Below, piece after piece: positions 1 through 12,479 of a DNA stretch of 64,000 bases. The notes under the pieces are model-generated. The model saw only the letters and a list, made by a program, of their open reading frames with translations, was not told the origin of the DNA and ran no database searches. Each line of letters opens with the position of its first letter. Position 1 is the first letter of the stretch. The position numbers and the translations under genes were made by a program. Origin of the DNA: Pseudomonadota bacterium (GTDB lineage: Bacteria > SAR324 > NAC60-12); the NCBI GenBank assembly GCA_004213175.1, contig SHAT01000005.1, positions 360-64,359 of the forward strand, written 5' to 3'.

Positions 1-291
1 ACCGAAGAAGTTATTACGTCAGTTAAAAGATGTTGAATTACTGGAACTTGAAAGAGAAGATGAATGTTCCAGATTTGGGTGAACATTTGCGATTAAAGAA
101 CAGCACATTTCCTCAGCCATGGTTAAAGACAAGGTTAATGATATTTCAAAACTGGTGCAAATGTCCTTTTAGGTGGGGGCTGTGGTTGTTTATTGAATAT
201 TTCTGGTGCAATGGAACATTCTGGAAATAAAACAGCTCATCAACAAATTGCGGAATTTATTTGGCAACGTACCACTCACAATAAATCTTAA
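1..291 (+). pseudogene. 3' part of a decayed LutA/YkgE-like CCG-domain Fe-S protein gene (runs off the left edge)
   Basis: Frame from nt 2 reads PKKLLRQLKDVELLELEREDECSRFG*TFAIKEQHISSAMVKDKVNDISK. After a 1-nt frameshift in the A-run near 148-151 it continues TGANVLLGGGCGCLLNISGAMEHSGNKTAHQQIAEFIWQR...* (TAA 289-291). This matches the LutA pattern ECCGFGGTF..K...S.AM..DK...I..TGA..L...DCGCL.NI.G. In-frame TGA at 80-82. Confidence 0.75.
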
Positions 292-304
292 AATAAAAAA
301 TAAT

Positions 305-1312
305 ATGGCTACAGAACAGATGAGTTTAGATCAAATTGAGATTCTGGCAAATGAAGCTCTGATAGGAGCTGGAACACTTCCAGAATCTGCGAAGTCAGTG
401 AGCAAAGCAGTGAGGTCTGCAGAACGAGACGGTATCCCTAGTCATGGTATGCTCTACGTTCCAATATACTGTGAACATGTAAAGTGTGGAAAAGTTGACG
501 GGTCTGCAGTTCCTGAATTAATCCAACCACGCCAGTCTGCGATTAAGGTGGATGCAAAAACAGGTTTTGCACATCCTGCAATCGACGCTGGATTTAATGA
601 ATTAATTCCTCTCGTTAAATCGAACGGCTGTGCCGGACTCACAATCTTTAATTCCTACAACTGTGGGGTATTGGGTTATCATGTGGAACGCCTTGCTGAA
701 GCAGATATAGTAGGAATAGGCTTTACAAATTCACCGGCTTCTATTGCACCAGTAGGAGGAAAAAAACCGGTTATTGGTACAAATCCATTTGCTCTCGCAG
801 TTCCTGATTCTGCTGGAGGCGCAGCTTTCGTGCTTGACCAGAGCGCAAGTGTGGTTGCTAAAAGCGAAATTATGATGCGTGCACGTGAAGGGGAATCTAT
901 TCCTGAAGGCTGGGCTCTTGATCCTGAAGGCCAAAGCACGACAGATCCAGAAATTGCCCTCAAAGGAAGTATGGCCCCGAGCGGTGGTTACAAAGGTTTT
1001 GGGATAGGTTTGCTAGTTGAAGTTATGGCAGCAGCACTCAGCGGTGCGGTTCTTGGAATTCAGGCAAGTCCGTTTTCTGGCACTACTGGCGGCCCACCTA
1101 GGACGGGACAGTGTTTCATTGCCTTTGATCCGGAGGCATACTCTGGTGCTGAATTTTATGAGCGTATCTCTGCACTTGTAGATGCGATCCAGAGTCAGGA
1201 TGGCGCACGTTTACCTGGCGAACGCCGCAAAAAAAATAGACAAAGAATAGAACTCGAAGGTGTAGAAGTTTCTCAATCACTGATTGAAAAAATCCGTTCA
1301 TTTTGTGTTTGA
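305..1312 (+). CDS. Ldh_2 family (malate/L-lactate/sulfolactate dehydrogenase) oxidoreductase, ComC-like
   Basis: Motifs GIPSHG, VDAKTGFAHPA, GTNPFA, LDQSAS, GWALDPEG..TTDP, GGYKGFG, RLPGER. ATG 305 preferred; the ORF-track extension to 206 overlaps the pseudogene. Confidence 0.88.
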   Translation: MATEQMSLDQIEILANEALIGAGTLPESAKSVSKAVRSAERDGIPSHGMLYVPIYCEHVKCGKVDGSAVPELIQPRQSAIKVDAKTGFAHPAIDAGFNELIPLVKSNGCAGLTIFNSYNCGVLGYHVERLAEADIVGIGFTNSPASIAPVGGKKPVIGTNPFALAVPDSAGGAAFVLDQSASVVAKSEIMMRAREGESIPEGWALDPEGQSTTDPEIALKGSMAPSGGYKGFGIGLLVEVMAAALSGAVLGIQASPFSGTTGGPPRTGQCFIAFDPEAYSGAEFYERISALVDAIQSQDGARLPGERRKKNRQRIELEGVEVSQSLIEKIRSFCV

Positions 1313-1416
1313 AAAATGTTAACAATTTAAACGCTCACCGTAATTCTCACTTTGCCTCCCTTGGGGATATTACAATCTTCAAAGAGAATTATATTTGAAT
1401 GATTATATTTCAGAAA

Positions 1417-1626
1417 CTATTCTAAGCATTGAACACGTGCTCGTGTGTAAGGTCCAAAATCTTCTTCCTCTAAAATTTTAAAATCACCGTGGCAGTGTCT
1501 AAGTGCCCGCTCCTTTAACTGCTCACGTATTCCTGTTTTGAAAATTATGTATTGTGGTTCAGATACACAACTGAAGAGCGATAGCAGTAAAAGCAGTTTT
1601 GAACATAAGATTAAAATTTTCAGCAT
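1417..1626 (-). CDS. Small predicted lipoprotein of unknown function (paralogue of 13856..14062)
   Basis: Hydrophobic signal with lipobox LFSC and two further Cys. Alternative start at 1644 overlaps the rarA stop. Confidence 0.7.
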   Translation of the reverse strand: MLKILILCSKLLLLLSLFSCVSEPQYIIFKTGIREQLKERALRHCHGDFKILEEEDFGPYTRARVQCLE

Positions 1627-1633
1627 TTGCCTT

Positions 1634-3841
1634 TTAAGAGCCATTAGTCGTTTTCTTACAGAATTTCATGAACAGACAGACACTTCGCCACTTAACTATG
1701 TTTCCGGCCACTTCACTCAAGAAAATTTCCAGTAAATTATTCAACTGATCAGCAGTAAAATGTGATGATAAAAGTTTCCAGTAATTGGATTGACTATTTT
1801 CAGGTTGAACTGCAAACCATTGTTCGATTTGCGATGTCCGAATTAGGGTTGGTGTGAAGAACTCTTTAACCTGCCAGCGAATGATGTCCCAATCCGCCGA
1901 TTCCAGTTCATTACGCAGAGTTTTAGGTGTCCAGTTGCAGCGCGTGTTTTCAGAATCGTTATATATTTCCTCTTCTGCGGATTTTAGATTATTCAGAAAT
2001 TTTGGTTCCATATTTCCTTCCGGAATTAGTTCTGAAAGACGCTGTCCAAGTGCAGGCACTGTTTCCACGATGACGAAGAAACCATCCGGTAAAATCCAAG
2101 GTTTTAAAGTTTCCAGGAAGGCTGTTTTATTTTGGTGGTTTTGCAGTATGTTACGCCCAACAATCCGTTCAAAACCTAAATCAGGAATTTCGAATGCCTT
2201 CGGATTTCCGGAACTGTCCTGTACTATTTTAGGTTTAATTCCAGAAGATGGATTTTTGAACATTGTGCTGAGTGTTTGTTTTTCTTCGGAAGAATATACA
2301 AGCGCATAAAGATTTTCTTCAGGAATCTGACGCAGAAATTCACCGAGTAGTAACCCGTCTGCGGCATTAAGAACAAGTGCCATAATATTACGTGATAGTT
2401 TGCTCCATTTTAGCAAAATGTCACGGATTTCATTAAGTAATTCGCCTGAACTGCCAATGGTTCGGGCTTCCCAGTAATTTGAGTTTTCTGATTGTTCAAC
2501 CGCTGATTGAGAAAGAAAAGCTGCCAGTTGGGCTTCCCGATGTCTTGCCACATTATCCTTGATTGTTGCTTCATAACCTTGATTGGACGGCTGATAAAAA
2601 ATCCTCCCCTGTAAAACATCCGGAAGGTATTGCTGTGCAACCCAGTGATCACGGAATGCATGCGGGTAGAGGTAACCTTCTCCGTGACCAAATGCCTTCC
2701 CGTCTCGGTTTCCATCTTTGAGCATGTCAGGGACCTCGTCAGATTTTTCCTTACGTACGACCGAAATTGCGTCAAAAAAAGCGAAAACAGAGTTGCTCTT
2801 TGGTGCAGTACTTAAATATAAACAAGATTGTGCAAGGTGGTAACGTCCCTCCGGCATTCCTACATAATCAAATGCCTGTGATGCGGATGTAACAACAGCT
2901 AATGCGTGTGGATCTGCCATTCCTACATCTTCACTGGCAAAAATGAGCATTCTTCGAAAAATGAATCTCGGGTCTTCACCTGCCTCTATCATTTTCGCCA
3001 TCCAAAAAAGTGCAGCATCCGGATCTGAACCACGCATAGATTTAATAAAAGCGGAAATTGTGTCAAAATGTGCGTCTCCGTCTTTGTCATAAAGTACTGC
3101 CCGTTGCTGAATTGATTCTTCTGCAATTTCCAAAGTTATCTTTAGGATATCTTCAGAGTTAGCTTCACTTGTTAGCACCGCTAGTTCGAGCGCATTTAAT
3201 GCAGTCCTGGCGTCACCGCCAGCTACATTTGCAAGGTGCTGACGAGCACGGTCTTCGATGACTATTTTTTTTTCTCCAAACCCACGTTCCGGATCTGAGA
3301 GTGCTTGTAAGATTATATCCTCAACTTCATCTGAATTAAGGGATTGAAGCTGAAAAATTCTGGATCGGCTTACGAGTGCTTTGTTGACTTCAAAATATGG
3401 ATTTTCTGTAGTCGCACCTATTAAGATTATGGTACCGTTTTCAACATGTGGTAGAAGGGCATCCTGTTGAGCTTTGTTGAAACGGTGAACTTCATCGATA
3501 AACAAAACAGCACGTTGCTGTTGTTCTGCGCGTGCTTTTTTGGCGGTTTCTATACAATTACGGATTTCAGTGATTCCTGATAAAACCGCATTTATGGAAA
3601 TAAATTCAGCTTGAGTTGTATTGGCAATTATACGGGCAAGTGTAGTCTTGCCTGTTCCTGGAGGTCCATAAAAGATCAGGCTCGACAATTGATCAGCCTG
3701 AATGGCACGTCGCAAAAGACGTCCCGGTGCCAAAATGTGGCTTTGGCCGACAAACTCTTCAATTGTCCTCGGACGCATACGGTCCGCTAAAGGAGCTTCT
3801 TTACGGATTTGAATTTCGTGTGTGTGTTCAAATAAATTCAC
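1634..3841 (-). CDS. rarA: RarA/MgsA replication-associated AAA+ ATPase with an extra C-terminal methyltransferase-like domain
   Basis: PLADRMRP, Walker [10 protein letters not shown], Walker [50 protein letters not shown], plus about 290 extra C-terminal residues. Confidence 0.9.
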   Translation of the reverse strand: MNLFEHTHEIQIRKEAPLADRMRPRTIEEFVGQSHILAPGRLLRRAIQADQLSSLIFYGPPGTGKTTLARIIANTTQAEFISINAVLSGITEIRNCIETAKKARAEQQQRAVLFIDEVHRFNKAQQDALLPHVENGTIILIGATTENPYFEVNKALVSRSRIFQLQSLNSDEVEDIILQALSDPERGFGEKKIVIEDRARQHLANVAGGDARTALNALELAVLTSEANSEDILKITLEIAEESIQQRAVLYDKDGDAHFDTISAFIKSMRGSDPDAALFWMAKMIEAGEDPRFIFRRMLIFASEDVGMADPHALAVVTSASQAFDYVGMPEGRYHLAQSCLYLSTAPKSNSVFAFFDAISVVRKEKSDEVPDMLKDGNRDGKAFGHGEGYLYPHAFRDHWVAQQYLPDVLQGRIFYQPSNQGYEATIKDNVARHREAQLAAFLSQSAVEQSENSNYWEARTIGSSGELLNEIRDILLKWSKLSRNIMALVLNAADGLLLGEFLRQIPEENLYALVYSSEEKQTLSTMFKNPSSGIKPKIVQDSSGNPKAFEIPDLGFERIVGRNILQNHQNKTAFLETLKPWILPDGFFVIVETVPALGQRLSELIPEGNMEPKFLNNLKSAEEEIYNDSENTRCNWTPKTLRNELESADWDIIRWQVKEFFTPTLIRTSQIEQWFAVQPENSQSNYWKLLSSHFTADQLNNLLEIFLSEVAGNIVKWRSVCLFMKFCKKTTNGS

Positions 3842-3898
3842 TTAGAAGCCTGTCTATTTTTAGAAATGAATGGAACTTTTACTACTGAGTTTATATAG

Positions 3899-5977
<2,079 letters not shown>

Positions 5978-6368
5978 ATGAACTGATTCGTAACTAATAC
6001 TTGCTGTATGAGAACATTGTTTAATAATATCAATTATTAATTTCCTTATTCCTGATGTAAGCTATAAGGGTTCTAAATGGAAAGGCATAGCACCTGGAAA
6101 AAATTCAAGAGCTTGTTTCACGAAATTCAAATAGATACTCTTATTGGACTTGAATTAAAATCTGTCTTTCTGGTCAAGTCTGAGATGAAAATAGAACAAA
6201 ATTATCAGGATATACTAACCAGTATTAAGAATATTAGCTAAATTTGAATTGATACTGAGAATTTCAGTATATTTTCTTTACAAACACTGTTAGATAATTA
6301 TCTGCATAGAAATATTCTAACTACTGAATACTGAAGATCACATAAAAACATATTACTTGAAAATATAA

Positions 6369-7253
6369 ATGAAAGGTGTAATTTTAGCCGCTGGCTATGC
6401 GACTCGTTTTTTGCCTGCCTCAAAAACAATCCCCAAGGAAATGTTTCCTCTGATTGACCGTCCGGCCATTGATTTCATTGTACAGGAAATGGTTGATTCA
6501 GGTATACACGATATCTTGCTGGTATCTTCGCGCAGAAAAAAAGTAATGGAGGATTATTTTGATCGTGAAGTAGAGCTTTCTTCCGCATTTTCGGAGTCCC
6601 AAGAATATGAAAAACTGAAAGTAATAAAACCGATAAAGGCTAATATTTTCACACTGCGTCAGCAGTATATGATGGGTACAGGGAATGCGTTGATGTTGGT
6701 GGAACCGTTTGTGAATAATGAACCGTTTGTGGTAGCCTATCCGGATGATATTGTGTTGGGTGAGAAACCTCTTTCCAAACAACTGATTGAGACCTGGGAA
6801 AAAACTGGCGACACAGTTTTGAGTGTTCAGGAATTGAGTGAAGATCAATTATCGCGTTACGGTGTGATTAATAAGGAAGGTGAAGGAAAAATTATGAAAG
6901 TCAAAAATATGGTGGAGAAACCGAAACCTGGTACGGCACCCAGCCGCTTTGTTTCTTTCGGACGTTATCTCTACACGCCAGAACTTTTTAATGCACTGCG
7001 AGCTAGCGACAAAAGACAATCTTCAAAAAGTGAATTTACTCAAACGGAAGCCATCAACCAAATGGCCAAAAATAGAAACGTTTCAGCGTTACAATTCGAA
7101 GGAACACGTTATGATTTGGGAGATCCACTGGGGTTTCTGACTTCCGCAATGCAAATAGGTTTGCAGCGCATGGAATTCAAGGGTGATTTACTAGATGAAA
7201 TGCGGAGACTGCTTAAACTGCATGACGATCCTAAGGGGGAAAACATCCATTAA
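6369..7253 (+). CDS. galU: UTP--glucose-1-phosphate uridylyltransferase
   Basis: ILAAGYATRFLPASKTIPKEM, PDD, VEKP, GRY, RYDLG. Confidence 0.88.
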   Translation: MKGVILAAGYATRFLPASKTIPKEMFPLIDRPAIDFIVQEMVDSGIHDILLVSSRRKKVMEDYFDREVELSSAFSESQEYEKLKVIKPIKANIFTLRQQYMMGTGNALMLVEPFVNNEPFVVAYPDDIVLGEKPLSKQLIETWEKTGDTVLSVQELSEDQLSRYGVINKEGEGKIMKVKNMVEKPKPGTAPSRFVSFGRYLYTPELFNALRASDKRQSSKSEFTQTEAINQMAKNRNVSALQFEGTRYDLGDPLGFLTSAMQIGLQRMEFKGDLLDEMRRLLKLHDDPKGENIH

Positions 7254-7661
7254 ATTCATTTTTCTGTTGTTTCTGTATAATGCTTTAATCCTCTGTTTTA
7301 GTTTCATGGATGTTTTTTACACCAGGAAATCTCTGACTGTAAATATATCATAGTCCAAAATAAATCCACCAAGATTTAAATCAGTCTTTAATAGAAAAAG
7401 TAGTTGACTTCTAACTTGCATAAACTATTTGTTTACTCCCCTTGGTATATAAAGAACAAACCATCATCAATATTTGTACCACCGGGGAGGAAGCTGAGTT
7501 GTCTGTCATTTCACTGAGGCAAATAATTTTAAGTATTTTTCAGTGATTCTGTAAAGTAATCTGAATTATGAAAAGTAATTTTACTAAATAAAGTGTATAA
7601 AAAATTGATTTATCTATTTTTTATATCAGTAACATAAATAATCAAACAAGGAAAAATAATA

Positions 7662-8273
7662 ATGAAAGAATCGGAAATAATATTAATCCGCCATGGCGAG
7701 ACTGAGTGGAATTCTCAGCAGCGTATGCAGGGGCATTCTAACAGTGATCTTTCCGCAGAGGGGCGGGACCAAATTCAGGCGCTCGGTAAATGGATGAAAA
7801 ACGTCTCCTTTGATCACATTTATTCCAGCGATTCTCAACGTGCCCAGCAAACTGCAAAGGCAATTACTCAGTATTCAGGACATACGCTGCAACTTGATCA
7901 ACGTATCCGCGAAAAAAATCTTGGTGTTTTCGAAGGACTAACATCTGATGAAGCTAGAGGAAGATTTCCAGATGTATATCACCTTTTCAAAACTTCAGGC
8001 AGAAACTATGTGATCGATAAAGGAGAAAGTACTCAGCAGCTTCTGGATCGTTCTTTGGAATTCATTGAAGACATACGTTTAAGACATCCGGATCAAAGAG
8101 TTGTGATGGTTACGCACGGCGGGGTCGTGAGGGTTTTAATGAAGTATACACTCGGGCTGTCCATCGATACCCCCACAAATTTCCTGATTAAGAACACTGG
8201 AATTTTTCGTTTAATCTGGAAAGAAAATTGGCTGGTTAAGCAAATGGGTGTAGTTTCTCATTTGGAAAAATAG
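7662..8273 (+). CDS. Histidine phosphatase (phosphoglycerate mutase-like) family protein
   Basis: LIRHGETEWN, SSD..RA.QTA, E...G.FEG, GES, VTHGG. Confidence 0.9.
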   Translation: MKESEIILIRHGETEWNSQQRMQGHSNSDLSAEGRDQIQALGKWMKNVSFDHIYSSDSQRAQQTAKAITQYSGHTLQLDQRIREKNLGVFEGLTSDEARGRFPDVYHLFKTSGRNYVIDKGESTQQLLDRSLEFIEDIRLRHPDQRVVMVTHGGVVRVLMKYTLGLSIDTPTNFLIKNTGIFRLIWKENWLVKQMGVVSHLEK

Positions 8274-8338
8274 AAACAACCATTTTTTCATTCATGTGAT
8301 AATCTGGCATTGGCGTTTAATTTCTAAATCTATACTAT

Positions 8339-9139
8339 TTGACCTTATACATATTAGCTGTAATCTTGAAAATTCTTAAAATACTTAGCGGAATAAAACA
8401 AGAAAAATTGTTGTGGGAAAATAAGGTCTCTGGAGTAACAGTTCAGGTTTGGGAAAAGGATGATCGCCGCGAATTACGTTTTGGCAACCATATTATGCAG
8501 AGCGTTATATTAAAAAAACATCCTGATCAATTGGTATTACCTTATTCCCGTTTCATGGTGCTTGGACTGCTTTTCTGTCCTGCCCCAAAATCAGTTTTGC
8601 ATATAGGTCTTGGGGGAGGCAGTATTGTACGCTGGATGCACGGCGAGTTCCCTGATCTTAAGCAAACTGTCGTCGAAGTCAATTCTGGAGTAATAGAGGC
8701 AGCACACCGTTTTTTTGAGTTACCGTATGACAAACGTTTGCGAGTGTTGTGCGCGGATGCAGCAGAGAGTATTCCAACTCTAAAGGAAAAATATGATCTC
8801 ATTATCCTTGATGCTTTTGGTGATTATGGGGCTCCTGAAGAACTTAAAGGGATTGATTTCTTAAACAAACTTCGCACTTGTATGAATCAACAGAGTTGGC
8901 TTGTGGGAAATTTGTGGACAGTGACTGGAGATTTTGAAGAAAAGCGTGGGCTTTGGAAATCCACTTTTCAACAGGTATTGGAAGCACGTGCAAACCGGAA
9001 GGGAAACATGATTCTTTACGGCAGCAAACTTCCACAACTTCCAGAGAAGAAGGAATTTGAAGATACGGCAAAAAAATTACAAAAACTTCATGGGCTTGAA
9101 TTTCGCAAAATGCTGGGTGAATTACATAAGGTGTTTTGA
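8339..9139 (+). CDS. Spermidine synthase-like class I SAM-dependent transferase
   Basis: MQS, LPYSRFM, LHIGLGGGS, VVEVN..VI..A..FF, YDLIILDAF. Start uncertain. Confidence 0.8.
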   Translation: MTLYILAVILKILKILSGIKQEKLLWENKVSGVTVQVWEKDDRRELRFGNHIMQSVILKKHPDQLVLPYSRFMVLGLLFCPAPKSVLHIGLGGGSIVRWMHGEFPDLKQTVVEVNSGVIEAAHRFFELPYDKRLRVLCADAAESIPTLKEKYDLIILDAFGDYGAPEELKGIDFLNKLRTCMNQQSWLVGNLWTVTGDFEEKRGLWKSTFQQVLEARANRKGNMILYGSKLPQLPEKKEFEDTAKKLQKLHGLEFRKMLGELHKVF

Positions 9140-9350
9140 AGTTAATTCCTTATTTTTTCTATAGAGATTGTGGAGGAATTATATAGAAACAAATAGGTTT
9201 ACAATATTTGTCTTCAAGAAAGTACCGTAATGTCGTAAATTTAAAATCTCTCCCATTGTCACTAAATTCCATAGAGTGTTTCCTAACTTTCTATAGATCT
9301 TCACAAGTGCAAGTCTCCCAAGCTCTTCAAACGATTCAACTTTCTATAAA

Positions 9351-11555
9351 TCATGAACTATAGATTTGTTTATACAGCTTGTAACTACGATATACTCTTT
9401 TAACGTATTCTCTTGTCTCAGAGAATGGAATTTGTTCAACAAAGGCATCAATGGATTCCCCTCTCCAACGATTGATCCATTTGATCATGTTGTGAGGACC
9501 TGCGTTATAACTTCCTGCAGTGTGAATCAATTCAGATTTGAATCTTTCTGCAAGACTTCCCAGATAAAGTGTGCCAAGACGGGTATTTAATTCTGGATTG
9601 AAGATTTCATCTTTTTGATTGAGTTTGATTTTCTTTTTTCGTGCTACGTATTTTGCTGTAGCTGGCATCAATTGCATCAAACCCATAGCTTTGCTTGAAG
9701 ACAGTGCCAGTGGATCAAAGTGGCTCTCTTCACGCATGATTGCCAGGGCAAAATAAGGATCAATTCCCGCCTGATTAGCAAAACTCTTCAACTGTGACCA
9801 GTATGGCCTTGGGTAAGCCAGTTCCCAGAGAGGATGTCCCCCTACTTCCAGAGTTACGAGGTGCGGCAGATAATAATTCGCTATTACTCTGAGCACAGAA
9901 TAATACTCACCTCTGCGGTGAAGGAGATGACTAACATGCCAATTACGTGTACTATCTTTATAACGACCTAGACCTGCAAACAATTCTTTGAGTGCCTGCT
10001 CCGGTTCTGAAATATCAAAAAGAAACTCTGTTCTCTCGAGCAATTCTCTGGTATTTGTGCTTAGTTTTTCTGTAGGCTTTGAGTAAAGTTTTGCTTTACG
10101 TGTTTTGATTATCGACAAAATACCTTCAGGAACATCTTCTGATGAAATCAGACGCATTCCGTAATAGGTGTTAGGTTTTTGAAGAATCAGTTGTTTGAAG
10201 CTTTTTGCGGCAAGATCTGGACGACCACTTTCTTCTAAAAATTTGCCCTTCCAGAATAGTAACTTGGCTTTCATTTCAGAATTATAAATCCTTTTCTTGA
10301 GTCCTATATTAATGTATTCCAATGCTTTCTCAAAATTCTTTTGCTGTTTGTACGACCATGCGAGTTCCCATGCTGACTTAGTGGCCAGTCTATGTTTAGG
10401 AAATTTTCGGAGAAGGCGATCCCACCAAAATTGTGCTTTACTGATTTCAGCATCCAAACGGTAACGGGTGGCAAATGTATAAAACAAAACAGGAAGTTTT
10501 TTTGCTTTATTATTAATTTTTTCAAGTTGATAAATAGTACTTCTTCCAGCAATAATATTTTTACGTTTAATATATGAACGTGCCTTCCAGTAGAGCTGAA
10601 CTTCCTTTCCTAAAGACCATTTTTGTGAAAGGATTCCCTGTTTCTGGAGCTTTATAATCAGACCATAATATCTTTCCTTGAAAAGGGCTTTTAGGTATTC
10701 TTCTCCAAGTATTTTCACTATTTTTTTGCTTCTCCCTTTTCTCAGTTGCTGAAGATGTTTAATCAGGTATTTGTTCAGTCCCAGTTTTGACAGACTTCTG
10801 ACACGACTTGAAAGCTCTGCTTCAGATATTCTTTTAAGTTGATCTGCATTCAGGTTTTTGTGGGAGAGAATAGCAGTTTTTTTATCTATCGGAAACTGCC
10901 ATCCTAAGACCTTATATTTGTGCTCAAGCTTTATTCCTTTCAGCTTTGCTCCACGAAGATAAAGTTTATGTATTTTATAGTCTGAGAGAAACCATTTGTA
11001 GTTTTTCCGAGTGTCATGCAGCAGATTAAAGATTTGACTAGTTTCTTTATCAGTATTGAATTCACTCTTAATGTATTTACGGAGTGGATCAAGGTAATAA
11101 TTCTTTTCCGGAAGTTTTAGTAATTTTCGGATACTGACAATTGCTTCACGATGCCGATCAGACTTTAGTAAGACGAGAATATTTTGAAAAATCCATGCAT
11201 CTCTGAATTCTGATTCCGGAGTTTGTTTAAGACTTTTGAGCGCTAATTTGAAATTCCCAATCTCCCGATGACATTTTGCTTTTAAAATCCGTGATCCACT
11301 CCATAAAATATTGTTATTCCAAGACTTTGGTTTTGATAAATTATTCAACTGATGGATTAGCTCCTTGCAGTTACCACTTTCATACAGTTGAGTGAAAGGT
11401 TGCAAGGAAGGCCTTTTATGAGCAGAAATAGAACTCAAGGGTATCAGTAAGGCAAAAACAAAACATATCGTTCTCGCAACCTTCCAAGATTTACTACAAT
11501 ATTTGAAGTTAACTAAATTGGAAAGTCCCGTTAATTGCTTGAAACCCTGAAACAT
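9351..11555 (-). CDS. Soluble lytic transglycosylase (Slt70-like) with TPR-like helical region
   Basis: C-terminal AIMREESHF (catalytic Glu), AMGLMQLMP.TA, SYNAGP, IPFSETREYV; N-terminal hydrophobic signal segment. Confidence 0.9.
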   Translation of the reverse strand: MFQGFKQLTGLSNLVNFKYCSKSWKVARTICFVFALLIPLSSISAHKRPSLQPFTQLYESGNCKELIHQLNNLSKPKSWNNNILWSGSRILKAKCHREIGNFKLALKSLKQTPESEFRDAWIFQNILVLLKSDRHREAIVSIRKLLKLPEKNYYLDPLRKYIKSEFNTDKETSQIFNLLHDTRKNYKWFLSDYKIHKLYLRGAKLKGIKLEHKYKVLGWQFPIDKKTAILSHKNLNADQLKRISEAELSSRVRSLSKLGLNKYLIKHLQQLRKGRSKKIVKILGEEYLKALFKERYYGLIIKLQKQGILSQKWSLGKEVQLYWKARSYIKRKNIIAGRSTIYQLEKINNKAKKLPVLFYTFATRYRLDAEISKAQFWWDRLLRKFPKHRLATKSAWELAWSYKQQKNFEKALEYINIGLKKRIYNSEMKAKLLFWKGKFLEESGRPDLAAKSFKQLILQKPNTYYGMRLISSEDVPEGILSIIKTRKAKLYSKPTEKLSTNTRELLERTEFLFDISEPEQALKELFAGLGRYKDSTRNWHVSHLLHRRGEYYSVLRVIANYYLPHLVTLEVGGHPLWELAYPRPYWSQLKSFANQAGIDPYFALAIMREESHFDPLALSSSKAMGLMQLMPATAKYVARKKKIKLNQKDEIFNPELNTRLGTLYLGSLAERFKSELIHTAGSYNAGPHNMIKWINRWRGESIDAFVEQIPFSETREYVKRVYRSYKLYKQIYSS

Positions 11556-11687
11556 ATTTTTATCAGTTGGTATAGTTGGTGCTTGTTAATGCTCGACAAA
11601 GTTAATACTGCTATCAGCTTTTTAAAAAAGAATTAGCAAATATCTTGCCTCGATTTACAAATAACATTTATTTCATTAATAAAACAA

Positions 11688-12425
11688 ATGAAGAGTGAAG
11701 TGAAGCAAATGGACGATGAGTTACCGGATAAACACAAAGATCTAGATACTGATGAATCTTCAGATACTTTAGTGCTACAACCCTTGATCTTAAAACAAAC
11801 ATCTCATAACACTAAAGGTACTAAGGCGCAGCCTTATGTATTTGGTTCAGAAACTTATGATGTATACAGTAACCCTAAAAATCCTTTTATGGTGGGAATA
11901 ATTGCTTCGGAAACAGACCGAATACAACTAGACCCCGTCAATACTCAAAATCTTTTTCAACAAATTGAGAAAAACTCAACCTATTCACTTGAGTATCCAC
12001 TCAACATTTCTGCACACCGTAAACGTAAGCTTTTGCCTGCTCAGGAAGTTTCATCAGCAGGAGGAAATAAAACTTTAGAAGTCGGAGAAGAGAAACTTAA
12101 AACTGCTTCTAAGGAATATCTGCCGCGCGAAAAACTAAAAGAAGACAAACGAAAACTAGAGGTATATATTCAAAATTTTTTTATATATTTCCTGAAACGT
12201 CTTGGGGAAGAACCTCGGGAGCTGCCAGTGATCATTAATGAACTCGTCCCTTTATTTGTTGAACATCAAATTCGGATTCGCTTTTATGAAGCTTTCCGTC
12301 AAATACACAAAATGGAGGATTTGATCATCACCCTAGAAAAAATAAGCAGTGATTATGAATTAGAAAATTTTGAGCTTTTCTGTAGCGCTATTTTTGTCTT
12401 TTACAGTTCCCTGAGTAATGATTAG
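11688..12425 (+). CDS. Hypothetical protein
   Basis: 245-aa ORF filling the gap upstream of alr in the same orientation; no motif recognised. Confidence 0.65.
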   Translation: MKSEVKQMDDELPDKHKDLDTDESSDTLVLQPLILKQTSHNTKGTKAQPYVFGSETYDVYSNPKNPFMVGIIASETDRIQLDPVNTQNLFQQIEKNSTYSLEYPLNISAHRKRKLLPAQEVSSAGGNKTLEVGEEKLKTASKEYLPREKLKEDKRKLEVYIQNFFIYFLKRLGEEPRELPVIINELVPLFVEHQIRIRFYEAFRQIHKMEDLIITLEKISSDYELENFELFCSAIFVFYSSLSND

Positions 12426-12479
12426 CATTAAGTATTAAATCCTGAACCTTCACTCTTGAATCTCAAATCCGTTTTTTAA

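Noticed and set aside
80-82. In-frame TGA as selenocysteine or recoded Gly (code 25)
   Set aside because: It falls at a Gly position with a frameshift and a lost Cys nearby, and TGA is a normal stop in many genes here (e.g. 1312, 22052).
30-304. ORF 30..230 and the N-terminal extension 206..304 of the Ldh gene
   Set aside because: Both are alternative frames over the lutA-like pseudogene.
7254-7661. Short minus-strand ORFs in the galU-phosphatase gap (and in 9140..9350)
   Set aside because: They are under 45 codons from a start codon with no recognisable similarity, so I cannot support them.
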